A stretch of 64,000 nt of DNA from Thermoplasmata archaeon. Its GTDB lineage: Archaea > Thermoplasmatota > E2 > DHVEG-1. The first letter of the stretch is position 1; every line of letters starts with the position of its first letter. Below the pieces are notes generated by a model. The model did no database searches. It was not told the origin of the DNA and saw nothing but the letters and a program-made list of their open reading frames with translations. The position numbers were made by a program, and so were the translations under genes. Where the stretch lies: positions 4,829-68,828 of the forward strand of contig JAHWGK010000006.1 in assembly GCA_020054495.1 (NCBI GenBank), given 5' to 3'. Positions 48,213-58,441 of the stretch are shown here, one piece after another.

Positions 48213-48311
48213 TTATTCAGTTTCATATTGCTTTAAAGTTCCGTCTTCCTCTTCTTCAAATAATGGTATCTGTTTTGGTATAGTATAATAAAATTTGTTA
48301 TGATTGTCCAT
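48213..48311 (-). CDS. Possible 32 aa microprotein, not in ORF track
   Basis: GAGGAGG RBS before MDNHNKFYYTIPKQIPLFEEEEDGTLKQYETE. Confidence 0.4.
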   Translation of the reverse strand: MDNHNKFYYTIPKQIPLFEEEEDGTLKQYETE

Positions 48312-48590
48312 CTTTACCCTCCTCAGTCCTATAACAAACATGTGTTTAAAAAACTATACTATTTTTTCATAAAAAATATTAAAATTGCAGTTAACAAATA
48401 ATATTTATAGATACAGGAAGTTATTATTTCTATTACCAAATCTTTTCTAAATAAATGATCGTTCAAAGTTTTTTATTTGAATGTATCTGTAATAATAATA
48501 ATTTTCAACAATTTATTAATAAAAAAAAATCCTCATTTTTTAACATTCTGATTGTAATTAATTAAAAAGAAAAAAAGAGATGGACTATTT

Positions 48591-49736
48591 TTATAGTCCT
48601 AAACGCAGTAGCAGTCGTTGTAGTATCGGGAATAGATTGAGATAGTTCTCAAGGAAGTCTAAGAATGGTGTATTGATAGCTTTGTTTCTTGGTGTTGTCA
48701 TTGATACATCTATTGTACAGAAATCTCCAGGATTATCTTTATTTTCGATTGTTATTATTCCGGCGTAATCGTTTTTTTCTTCCGGTGCAATAACAGTTAC
48801 TTGTACTGTGACTGGAGAGCCTGGTTCTAAATCATCTCCTTGCTCTGGATTAAATGTCCATGTTCCCCAACTTGGTTCGTCTGTGATTTGCCAGCCAAGC
48901 AATCCGCCACCTGCGTTCTTAACAGTAAAACTACCTTCTAATGTTGCACCTGCAGTTACATTGCCAAAATGAAGATCGCCTTCACATAACAAGTCAGGAT
49001 CTAATTCAAAATCAACACCAGTAACAGTGAAATCATCTAAAAAGAACGCAAAATGATCCCATGAAACAACGTGGATCCCAATATATATATCTTGTCCAAT
49101 ATAATCAGTAAGACTATAAGTATACTCAGTCCAATCTGTTGGAACTTCAATAATTCCACCAGAAACAATTGTAAAACTCGATGGATCTGTGTCCGTAGTT
49201 GAAATACCATACTCTATTTCTTCTAAACCATATGCATCATTAAGTGATCTTGCCCAGAACGAAAGCATTCCATCTTCTATCATCGTTAATTGAGGGCTAA
49301 ACAGCCAATCATCATTTGGTGGTGTTATTGAATCCCAACATGATGCATATTTTTCTCCAGTATGCGGAGGATGACTAGTAAATGGTGGAGTCGTTAAAGA
49401 TGGATTAAATATCATAAACGCACCTGCATATCCTGCATTAGGCCAATCAACTCCTTCAACACCCCAGGTATCTGAGCCATCACCATCTAAGGTAGTCCAT
49501 GGTGGAAAGTTATCAACAACAAAGTCTGGATAGTTTTCAAAACTATCTGAAAAAACTCCTTTGGTTATTAACGGGGTATTACTTGATTCCTGAATTTTTA
49601 ATTCAACATTTTCATAAGATTTCATCGTTTTTTTTACAGCATTAGTATTTGCTGTCGCAGATACCGCTGTAAGAATCAGTATCGTAGTAATCAGCAAAAC
49701 AACAGCTTCTTTTCCTATTTTTCTCGTATTTTTCAT
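48591..49736 (-). CDS. Secreted protein with cleaved-adhesin (choice-of-anchor J) domain, Ig-like domain and amphipathic C-terminal tail
   Basis: Signal peptide; DSFE, WTTLDGDG, PHTGEK, NDDWLFSP, LSFWA, WTEYTY.L..Y.GQ.IYIG and LDDF motifs. Confidence 0.85.
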   Translation of the reverse strand: MKNTRKIGKEAVVLLITTILILTAVSATANTNAVKKTMKSYENVELKIQESSNTPLITKGVFSDSFENYPDFVVDNFPPWTTLDGDGSDTWGVEGVDWPNAGYAGAFMIFNPSLTTPPFTSHPPHTGEKYASCWDSITPPNDDWLFSPQLTMIEDGMLSFWARSLNDAYGLEEIEYGISTTDTDPSSFTIVSGGIIEVPTDWTEYTYSLTDYIGQDIYIGIHVVSWDHFAFFLDDFTVTGVDFELDPDLLCEGDLHFGNVTAGATLEGSFTVKNAGGGLLGWQITDEPSWGTWTFNPEQGDDLEPGSPVTVQVTVIAPEEKNDYAGIITIENKDNPGDFCTIDVSMTTPRNKAINTPFLDFLENYLNLFPILQRLLLRLGL

Positions 49737-50281
49737 CTACTACTCCCTCATAATATATTTATTATAACATTATAATATGTTAACAGGTTTTTAAAGTTAT
49801 GCAAAATTAAATATAACAAAATGAAAAAACTTTCTATTTTTATCATATTTTTTAAAATAATCTCATTTTAACAAAAATAAAAGCCTATGGATTCCAGTAT
49901 TTCTAAGCGAGGGAGATCAAAAGATGAAAAAAATTAGGTTATGCCTTAAATTAATTCACTCTAAACTTAAAAAGTTTGAATCCCAAAAAACTTATTTTTC
50001 AAGGGTTAAACCTTACATTCAGTCAATTTATTTTTATGAGCAGCAATTCTAACGACCCCTCTAACCTTTATATGAAGTATACTGCAGCGTATCAAAACGA
50101 ATGCAATCTCCGCTCGTTATTTTTTATGGTCGTCTGAATTTATAATGACAATAAAAACCTAAATTAATCCAAAAAATTCTTTTGAGCTCGAGGCGAAAAT
50201 AGCATATTATAGTATCTGATTACAGGCTCATTCAATTCACTTTATAAAATAGAAACAGTGTTCGTTAGGAAGTGACACCAT

Positions 50282-50830
50282 ATGATAAAAGTAAAAGTAG
50301 AAAATATTGTAGCATCCACAGCATTTGCAGATAAGTTAGACCTGGACATGATAATACAATCGGTAGAAGGAGCAGAATATGAACCAGAACAATTCCCAGG
50401 ATTGATTTATAAATTAAGTAACCCAAAGACCGCCACCCTTCTTTTTAAAAGTGGAAAAGCTAACTGCACAGGGGCAAAAAACATCGAAGATGTACATAAG
50501 ACTGTTGACATCATAGCAGATAGACTAAGAAAACTAGGTGTAGATGTATATAAAAATATTGAGATGGTCGTTCAGAACATAGTGGCTGTTGGCGACCTAC
50601 GTGGAGAACTCAATCTTACTGAAACAGCTATGGGTCTAGGTTTACAAAATATAGAATATGAACCAGAGCAGTTCCCAGGAATGGTTTATAGAATAAAGGA
50701 ACCTAAAGTAGCTATGTTGCTCTTTAGCTCTGGGAAAATAGTGTGTACCGGAGCGAAGAACGTTGAGGATGTATCAATAGCGGCAGAGAAATTATCAAAA
50801 GAGCTTAATTCACTGGGGCTTCTTCGCTAA
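50282..50830 (+). CDS. tbp: TATA-box-binding protein
   Basis: Two repeats of NIVA...EYEPEQFPG..Y....PK...LLF.SGK..CTGAK. Confidence 0.97.
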   Translation: MIKVKVENIVASTAFADKLDLDMIIQSVEGAEYEPEQFPGLIYKLSNPKTATLLFKSGKANCTGAKNIEDVHKTVDIIADRLRKLGVDVYKNIEMVVQNIVAVGDLRGELNLTETAMGLGLQNIEYEPEQFPGMVYRIKEPKVAMLLFSSGKIVCTGAKNVEDVSIAAEKLSKELNSLGLLR

Positions 50831-50931
50831 ATCATACAAATGATAAAAATTAGGAAAATGAAAAACAGATAGCCAATGGTAAATATTGGAGAAATGAAAA
50901 ATCAGTCTGATTATAATGGTAAGGACACAAT

Positions 50932-51702
50932 ATGAACTATGAAACGGAAGTGGTGGATGGAAGAGTTGCGACAGAAAATGGGCCATGCAAGACAGGAATA
51001 GAAGAACTTGATAAAGGGTTGGGCGGCGGTATCTCACTAGGCAGCGCTGTTCTCATGCCTGGAAGCAGCGGCTCGGGTAAAACCACATTATGCATGCAAT
51101 TTTTAATTAATGGTGCTAAGCAAGGTAAGAGAGGAATATTTTTCACGGCAACTGAACCCTTATTTAAATTAACAAAAAACATGGAGGGGTTCAGTTTTTA
51201 TGATAAAAAGTTAATTGAATCAGGAATGATTAACCTTATAGATTTAAGAATAATAAGCGAGCGACTAGGGTTGGACATGGAGAAATATACGGCAGAAGAT
51301 GCTAGTGCTCTACTGGATGTGTTGAGGGATATAGTTGATGAATTGGATGTAAAACGATTAGTGATAGATTCGGTAACCGCATTATGTTATAGATTACAAA
51401 CCAAGGAGATGATTAGGGATTTCGTTTTTAAATTAGGATCATCCCTTGCAGCTATGAACTGTACATCTATTTTCACGTCAGAGGTACCACCACAGGTTTT
51501 TCAATATTCTCAATATGGGGTAGAAGAGTTCATCGCAGATGGTATAATAATGCTAGGAGACATCGAGAGGAAGGGAGATCTGATACGAACGTTTCAAATT
51601 ATAAAAATGCGAGGCATAGCACATCACAGAACAAAATTTGCAATGAATATCTCATCTAAGAACGGCATAGAATTAGCTCCATTACTAAAATCCCAAGAGT
51701 AG
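50932..51702 (+). CDS. Single-domain KaiC-like (RAD55-type) ATPase
   Basis: TGIEELD..LGGG, GSSGSGKT, VIDSVT, EEFIADG and IKMRG motifs. Confidence 0.9.
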   Translation: MNYETEVVDGRVATENGPCKTGIEELDKGLGGGISLGSAVLMPGSSGSGKTTLCMQFLINGAKQGKRGIFFTATEPLFKLTKNMEGFSFYDKKLIESGMINLIDLRIISERLGLDMEKYTAEDASALLDVLRDIVDELDVKRLVIDSVTALCYRLQTKEMIRDFVFKLGSSLAAMNCTSIFTSEVPPQVFQYSQYGVEEFIADGIIMLGDIERKGDLIRTFQIIKMRGIAHHRTKFAMNISSKNGIELAPLLKSQE

Positions 51703-51877
51703 AACCTAAATCGATGGTTTAAAAGAAAGAATTTCTGATGCAGCCAATCGGAAAACGTGAATGGACGAAGAAACGATTTGACGTATAAAACTTATATTTA
51801 TTTTTAGTTAACTTAGCATTAAATATACATAATTAGATGCCAAATTTTATCTAAATATAAATTTATACCTGTAAATA

Positions 51878-53671
51878 ATGCAATTTAGTGTAAAAGAAAG
51901 AGATGGCCCTGCAAGAATCGGAGAGCTCATAGTTGATAGAAAAAGAATTGTTACGCCAAACATACTGTTTGTAGATACTGATCGTTTTAAAACTCCAAAC
52001 TATACAGATATCCTCATAATAAACAATAAACGTCAAAAAGAGAAACCGACACTACAAATTTCTAACTATTTCGTCTATCCTAAAGACATTCCAAAAGAAC
52101 TGCATCTCTTGTCGATAAGAGATTATAAAAAAGATAACGAAAAGTATTACGTAATACCCGGAAACAAAAATGTAATTGATGATGCATTGAAAGATAATCC
52201 AGCTTCGATCTTTATTGTTGCAAACGCTCTTCAACTTTTTCAGCAGCCCAGAAAATTTACAGATTTTATTTTAGAGCTTAGAGCAAAGATAGGTTATGAG
52301 AAATTGATATATTTCCCAAGTATTGGAAATCCTGCTAATTTTGCTTTGTTAGCCTATTCTGGTGTTGATTTATTTGATTCTGTTTCTGCGATTCTAGCTG
52401 CTAGGGAAAATACCTTGTTATTTTCCAATGGAGGATATAACACAAATGAATTACATGAACTTCCTTGTAGTTGCCCATCATGTAGTAAATCTAAAGATAA
52501 ACCATGCAATATGAGCTTCCAGAATATCCTAAATCATAACTATTTTGCAATATTAGATGAATTAAAACAGGTTAGAAATGCTATATATCAAGGAAATTTA
52601 CGCAGTCTTGTTGAAACAAGAGTAAAAACAAATCCAAATCTAACAGCTGTTTTTAGATATCTTGATGCAAATCATTATGATTTTTTAGAAAAACGAACGC
52701 CGATAACAAGTAAAAGTAAGGTTATAGCAACCACAAAAGAGTCAATGTTTAGACCTGAAATAAGACGATTTCAAAAACGGGTAATAAATCGATTCAGAAA
52801 GCCAGAATCTGCAAAAATATTGCTTCTTCTGCCTTGCTCTGCAAAAAAACCTTATTCATTTTCAAAATCCCATAGACTTTATAGGGAAAAGCTAAACAAT
52901 TCTGGAAATCCTTTTATTGCTCATGAAGTTATTGTTACGTCTCCAATGGGCCTTGTTCCAAGGGAGCTTGAACTCATTTATCCAGCTTCCTCTTACGATA
53001 TACCAGTAATTGGAGTATGGGATGAAGATGAAAAAAAGATGATAAGAGATTTACTTGTAAAATATCTTGATATCAACAAATATGAATTAATTATCGCGCA
53101 TCTTCCTGCAAATATTATGCAGTTCATTGAGGATATTCTAGAAAATTCATATAATACATGCATCGATAATCCGACTTCAAAGAAATCATTAGATAAACTT
53201 TCATCTACGCTCAAGAAAAAAGTTAATTTATTTGATAAAATAAAATCACAAAAAAGATTAAGAGAGGACTTACAAGGTTTTGCTTCATACCAGTTTGGCA
53301 GAAAAACAGCTGAAAAACTTCTAAAAGATTGCATCATAAAAGGAAAATACCCCTATCAAAAAATAATGCACAACAATACACAACTTGGGATGATAATAAA
53401 AGAGAGGGGGCTTGTTTCACTTACAATTAACGGTGCAGAAAGAGTTGCAAAATCAAAGGAATACTGGGTAGAAATATACGATGATTTTACATTAAAAGGA
53501 TCTGTATTTGCCCCGGGTGTAAAAGATGCAGATAAAATGATTAGAGTTGGTGATGAAGTAATTGTAATAAAAAACAATAAACTATGTGCCGTTGGCGTAG
53601 CGCAGATGAATGGTGATGAAATAAAAAAATCACTACATGGAGAAGCTGTAAAAGTTAGACATAGAATTTAG
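51878..53671 (+). CDS. arcS: Archaeosine synthase subunit alpha (ArcS) with PUA domain
   Basis: RDGPARIG, G.D.FD, LLPCSAKKPYS.SKSH, TSP.GLVPRELE..YP...YDIPV.G.W, C-terminal PUA. Confidence 0.92.
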   Translation: MQFSVKERDGPARIGELIVDRKRIVTPNILFVDTDRFKTPNYTDILIINNKRQKEKPTLQISNYFVYPKDIPKELHLLSIRDYKKDNEKYYVIPGNKNVIDDALKDNPASIFIVANALQLFQQPRKFTDFILELRAKIGYEKLIYFPSIGNPANFALLAYSGVDLFDSVSAILAARENTLLFSNGGYNTNELHELPCSCPSCSKSKDKPCNMSFQNILNHNYFAILDELKQVRNAIYQGNLRSLVETRVKTNPNLTAVFRYLDANHYDFLEKRTPITSKSKVIATTKESMFRPEIRRFQKRVINRFRKPESAKILLLLPCSAKKPYSFSKSHRLYREKLNNSGNPFIAHEVIVTSPMGLVPRELELIYPASSYDIPVIGVWDEDEKKMIRDLLVKYLDINKYELIIAHLPANIMQFIEDILENSYNTCIDNPTSKKSLDKLSSTLKKKVNLFDKIKSQKRLREDLQGFASYQFGRKTAEKLLKDCIIKGKYPYQKIMHNNTQLGMIIKERGLVSLTINGAERVAKSKEYWVEIYDDFTLKGSVFAPGVKDADKMIRVGDEVIVIKNNKLCAVGVAQMNGDEIKKSLHGEAVKVRHRI

Positions 53672-54198
53672 ATGTGTATCATTGCTTCGTCTTCACCACA
53701 AAAAGGGCACGAATAGACACACATGTCCTTATATAAATCAGCACCTTCAGCCCAAACGGTAATACCTTCTCCACAAACATTGCATTTGAAATTTGCTTTG
53801 ATAGATTTTTTTTCAGGAATTTCTTCTTCTACGCATGTAGGATTAGGAGAGATAACACCTATTGCACCGCAATCAGGACATGTCATCCTAACATATTTCT
53901 TATTATTACGTTTAGATTTTTTAATGGCAAAAATACCGCTGCAGGTTTGACATTTGAAATGATATAAACCACCTTTTAATGTTTTTTCAAATTCATCTAC
54001 GGTAATTGCTGAAACTTCATCTTTTTTATATCTTAAAAAGACTAAAAAAATAGTAATTATGATAAGCACTGCATAAGAGGCTAACATTATTGTCATCCAA
54101 CCTCTGTCAGTCGTTATATCATATATTGAGAAAATCATTACAAATAATCCTAGTAAGGTTATTATAACCAATAGCCCCGAACCCCTAATCAAATTCAT
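53668..54198 (-). CDS. Membrane protein with two TMs and four CxxC motifs (double zinc ribbon)
   Basis: CQTC, CPDC, CNVC and CPFC; start overlaps the stop of the upstream CARDB gene. Confidence 0.8.
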   Translation of the reverse strand: MNLIRGSGLLVIITLLGLFVMIFSIYDITTDRGWMTIMLASYAVLIIITIFLVFLRYKKDEVSAITVDEFEKTLKGGLYHFKCQTCSGIFAIKKSKRNNKKYVRMTCPDCGAIGVISPNPTCVEEEIPEKKSIKANFKCNVCGEGITVWAEGADLYKDMCVYSCPFCGEDEAMIHI

Positions 54199-57100
54199 TT
54201 AGATTTTCTCCTTTTAACAAAAAGTATTAAGATTATTAGAAAAATGAACAAGGCAATAGAACCTATTAGGTACCAGGCGTTATCTTCTAATCTATAAATA
54301 GCATTTTCAAAGATAATATCTTTTGTTGGATTATTACCAGCTGCATATTCTTTAAGATTTGTTAAACCATCTTTATCCTCATCGTCTTGTGCATCCATTG
54401 GATTCTCTGGGTCTAAACCATATTTTTCTTCCCACCAATCAGGCATTCCATCATCATCTCTATCGTCAATATCTGATGTTATCCAGAAATATTCTGAATC
54501 TGTCTCAACCCAGTTTCCAGCTTTATCTTTTACAAGTATAGTAAAATAATACCTTCCAGTTATATTATATATATCATCATATACATATTTGCCGCTTGGG
54601 AACCAGTTCATTGTTCTTTCAAAAGATAATCCATCCGGAGGAGTAATAAAAACTTTAGCAGTATTTATTCCAATATTATCTGTCGCTATACAAGTAATGG
54701 TAACATCATTATTTATTAATTGAACATGCGGTCGAACTTCAAAGTATGATATGACTGGAGGTATTGAATCTTTTTTTATGTAAAAAATATCCTTTGCAGT
54801 AACATTATTACTATGGATTGATAGATCCACGGCTTTGATTTGGAATGTGTAAGTTCCTACTAAAAGCGTATTGTCAAAAGTGAACTTGAATAAATCTCCA
54901 GTTGTTCTTACCATCGTTTCATCAGGATATGAAAAATTTGAAGGATTTGTAATTCTAATTGTTACAGATTCAAGGCCTGAATCATCAGTTACCTTAGCAG
55001 TTATAGTTACAGATCCACCTTGTTCCTGTCTACGGGGCATAACATTAATACTATCTATTACTGGTTTAATTCTCTCAAGCCCTTTAACTTTTAGGGTTTG
55101 ATTAGAGAGAAATATATTGTTTGCTCGATAAGTATCCCATTTAGAAACAGTAACTACAACATATGCTCCAACAAACCATTCACCAGGTATAGCCGAATCC
55201 CATATAATAGGAATTTTTTTACTTTCATTAATTTTAATACTAAAAGTTGCATTGTCAATTTCGTTTTCATATTTCATAACTCCTTCTTCAACTTTTTCAA
55301 GATAAAGATTTACTACGTAATCAACTGCATCTCCTTTCCCAATATTTGCAATAACAATATCAAATTTTAATTCTTCAAATTCAGTTATTGTTCCTGTTGG
55401 TAAAATAATATTTCTAATAACTAAATCAGGCCATCGATAAACAATAAATTCTTTTTTCTTTTGATTATTGGTTTCATTTTTTTCTTCTATCAAATCATCA
55501 GGATCTACTGTTATTGTTACATTGAAAATACCAGAATCATTTGCCTTCCATTTATTAAAACTGACAGTGTTTTCTTTATCTTTATAAATAGTTTTTACAA
55601 CAGTATCATTATAAATTATATTATTTGTATTATTAAATATCTTAATTGTTACATTAGCATTTAGAACAGTTGCTTCATAAGCAACCAGATATGCTGTAAA
55701 ATTTACTGTATCGTCAATATAAATCTTGGGATAAGTTGCTGGATTATTTGTTGAAATAGAAATATTAACTATTTCAATATCTGGTAGCCCAACATAAATC
55801 TTATGCTCTTTTAAAACTGGTTCATATCCAGCCCCATCGATACTTGTGATTCTAATAACCCAGTTTCCGGTCTCATTTAACTCAAGGTTATCATATTCCC
55901 ATGAAATATTATCCTGAATATTAATCAAAGAACGAGTGAAATTAATACTTACATTATTTTGCATAAAAACAAATGCTTCAACATATTTTGCCTTTGAAGA
56001 GGTATTTACTTTTATGTATATCGATTGATTAAGAAGTGTGTAACTACCATTAATTGGCTCTGCAAAATCAATCCACCATCCATCCAGAGCTGTATAATCA
56101 CCAACATATGCGTCACCAGAGATATTGATATCTTCGGTTTCATTAAGTTCAGTTCTTTCACCAGTGTTATTTGTTACATCGAAATAGATACAATAAAATT
56201 TTTCTTTTGATGAACCTGTCACATTCCATATTAAAGTTCCAGTTGCATTATTAATGGAATCAAATGTAATGCTTTCATTAAATTTGTATTGTTGCGATAC
56301 ATTAACAATATCTCCGTCATATGAGTATTCAACAATTCTTAATGTGTCATTTTCAAAGGTTTGAGAAAACACTTCAAGTTCTTCTAAGAATTGTGTGAAA
56401 TTTAAAAATCCAGGAACATTTCCAGTTCCATTAACCGTTAAAAAATATCTGTAATGCCAGTTTTTATCCCACCATTTAAGATGCTCAACTCCAATAGATA
56501 TCGTTCTCTCCTCATAATCATGGGTTTCTCCTTCATAAATAATGTTAAAAGTTATTTTTTCACTTCCAAAATGCGAAGGAGTCCAATTGAAATAAAAGGT
56601 ATGTGTTGCATTTCTTGCAAGACTATTTTGTCTCGTATCATTTTGGATTTGACCATCAATGCTTGAATTTAATTGTGCAATGATTGTATCTGTTGTTTTA
56701 CCACCATAATTCTTTATTTTTACAGCAATCATTGACGTAGTATTTATAACAAAGCTATCTGGAAGGCCAATATCAATTATTTCTAAACTAGGACCTTTTT
56801 CATTAACATAGATATGTCCAGTCTGGTAATTATTATTCCAATTGCTATCACCAAGTAAAGGGCAGGCAACTTCTATTAAAACAGATCTTTGAGTTTCGGT
56901 TCCTAACTCTGCAGTCCAACTAATATTCATATATTTTGTTTCTCCAACATTTAGACCATCTGAGTTACTTATGCTTTCTTCTTCTAAATCATCTATAAAT
57001 AGTGTTACAATTATTGGTGTACCCTCTGAAATATTAAGAAATTCCCCAGTTTCTACATTTACTATATTTTTTATCCTAACAGTAAATTCGACATCATTTC

Positions 57101-57257
57101 CTTCATTAACATTTGTTGGAAAATTAAAATAATCGATTGACAGGTCAGGTGAAGCTTTATCGGCAGAAACAGAACCATTGAGATTATTTAATAGAAAAAT
57201 TATTAAAATTGTTAGAATAATAAATCTTTTAGTAATACTATTATCAACTCTTGACAT
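54195..57257 (-). CDS. Large surface protein with CARDB/Ig-like repeats, DxDxDG repeats and TM anchor
   Basis: Signal peptide; PDL.I, VDPDDLIEEKNETNN (CARDB), WWD.NW.YR, DDDGMPDWWE..YGLDP; TM plus KRRKSK. Confidence 0.88.
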   Translation of the reverse strand: MSRVDNSITKRFIILTILIIFLLNNLNGSVSADKASPDLSIDYFNFPTNVNEGNDVEFTVRIKNIVNVETGEFLNISEGTPIIVTLFIDDLEEESISNSDGLNVGETKYMNISWTAELGTETQRSVLIEVACPLLGDSNWNNNYQTGHIYVNEKGPSLEIIDIGLPDSFVINTTSMIAVKIKNYGGKTTDTIIAQLNSSIDGQIQNDTRQNSLARNATHTFYFNWTPSHFGSEKITFNIIYEGETHDYEERTISIGVEHLKWWDKNWHYRYFLTVNGTGNVPGFLNFTQFLEELEVFSQTFENDTLRIVEYSYDGDIVNVSQQYKFNESITFDSINNATGTLIWNVTGSSKEKFYCIYFDVTNNTGERTELNETEDINISGDAYVGDYTALDGWWIDFAEPINGSYTLLNQSIYIKVNTSSKAKYVEAFVFMQNNVSINFTRSLINIQDNISWEYDNLELNETGNWVIRITSIDGAGYEPVLKEHKIYVGLPDIEIVNISISTNNPATYPKIYIDDTVNFTAYLVAYEATVLNANVTIKIFNNTNNIIYNDTVVKTIYKDKENTVSFNKWKANDSGIFNVTITVDPDDLIEEKNETNNQKKKEFIVYRWPDLVIRNIILPTGTITEFEELKFDIVIANIGKGDAVDYVVNLYLEKVEEGVMKYENEIDNATFSIKINESKKIPIIWDSAIPGEWFVGAYVVVTVSKWDTYRANNIFLSNQTLKVKGLERIKPVIDSINVMPRRQEQGGSVTITAKVTDDSGLESVTIRITNPSNFSYPDETMVRTTGDLFKFTFDNTLLVGTYTFQIKAVDLSIHSNNVTAKDIFYIKKDSIPPVISYFEVRPHVQLINNDVTITCIATDNIGINTAKVFITPPDGLSFERTMNWFPSGKYVYDDIYNITGRYYFTILVKDKAGNWVETDSEYFWITSDIDDRDDDGMPDWWEEKYGLDPENPMDAQDDEDKDGLTNLKEYAAGNNPTKDIIFENAIYRLEDNAWYLIGSIALFIFLIILILFVKRRKSK

Positions 57258-57436
57258 GTAACATCATCCTTTGTAATTATTCCCCCAACTACCAAACTGT
57301 AATTTATATCCCCAATGTTGTATTTCTAGCTTTCTATTTATATAAAAAATAATTAGTTTTTATAAATTTAATTTTTCAGTTATAAACATAAACTATAAAA
57401 CTAATTTATTATTACCAAAAAACCTGGAAGGTAAAA

Positions 57437-57946
57437 ATGATACCAAAGATCCATGAGTCAAGTTTTGTTGCAAATACCGCTGTGATAATTGGTAACGTAA
57501 AAATTGGAAAAAATTGTGGAATTTTTCCATGTGCTGTTATCCGTGGCGATGACAATTCTATAGAAATAGGAGATGGATCAAACGTTCAAGATTGTTGTAT
57601 CCTTCATGTGGATGCAAATCATAAAATAAAAATTGGTAAAAATGTATCGATAGGACATGGCGCAATGGTTCACGGAGCAACTATCGAAGATGAATGTTTA
57701 ATTGGTATCAACGCTACTGTTTTAGACGGCGCTAATATTGGAAAAGGATCAGTTGTTGGAGCCAATGCTCTTGTTACAACAAATATGAAAGTCCCCGAAA
57801 ATAGTTTAGTAATAGGAATTCCAGGTAAAATTCAAAAGCTTGATAAAAAACTCAAAGATATTATTTTATACAATGCAAAGGAATATCAAAGATTGAGTAA
57901 AGAACATAAGGCTAGAAAATTCTCAAGTTTTTTACCTGAAGAATAA
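57437..57946 (+). CDS. Gamma carbonic anhydrase family protein
   Basis: Hexapeptide repeats; IRGD, SNVQD...LH and GH.AMVHG metal ligands. Confidence 0.93.
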   Translation: MIPKIHESSFVANTAVIIGNVKIGKNCGIFPCAVIRGDDNSIEIGDGSNVQDCCILHVDANHKIKIGKNVSIGHGAMVHGATIEDECLIGINATVLDGANIGKGSVVGANALVTTNMKVPENSLVIGIPGKIQKLDKKLKDIILYNAKEYQRLSKEHKARKFSSFLPEE

Positions 57947-57958
57947 TACCAAGAATTT

Positions 57959-58441
57959 CTATCTCTTTTTTAATTTTGAACGAGTATAAGCAAGTAGTCC
58001 ACCCGCATCCCTAATGGCAATTATTTCTTTTGGAAGCTTTGGAAATGAAAACGGTTTCCCACCCACAATTATTTTTCCAGTGTCCGCTATAAGTTCTATA
58101 TCGTCTCCTTTTGAGTATGCTTCTACAGCCTGAGGGCATTCAATAAGTAAGAGACCCTGATTAATTGCTGCCCTGTAAAAGATTCGTGCAAAACTTTCTG
58201 CTACAACTGCTCTTATTCCTACTGCTTTCAATCCCACAACAGGTTGTTCACGGGAGCTGCCACATCCAAAGTTTTTACCTGCAAAAATAATATCTCCTTC
58301 TTTGACATTTTTTGAAAAAGTGGAATCCAGGTCCTCTAAAAGATGAGGTTTAATCTCTTCACGGGTGCTGCAAGTATATGTATATTTTCCCGGGAATAAC
58401 ATATCAGTATTAATGTTATCACCATATCTCCATACATTCAT
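57959..58441 (-). CDS. Homoaconitase/3-isopropylmalate dehydratase small subunit
   Basis: GDNINTD, NFGCGSSREQ, SFARIFYR.AIN.GL and AGGL motifs. Confidence 0.92.
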   Translation of the reverse strand: MNVWRYGDNINTDMLFPGKYTYTCSTREEIKPHLLEDLDSTFSKNVKEGDIIFAGKNFGCGSSREQPVVGLKAVGIRAVVAESFARIFYRAAINQGLLLIECPQAVEAYSKGDDIELIADTGKIIVGGKPFSFPKLPKEIIAIRDAGGLLAYTRSKLKKR

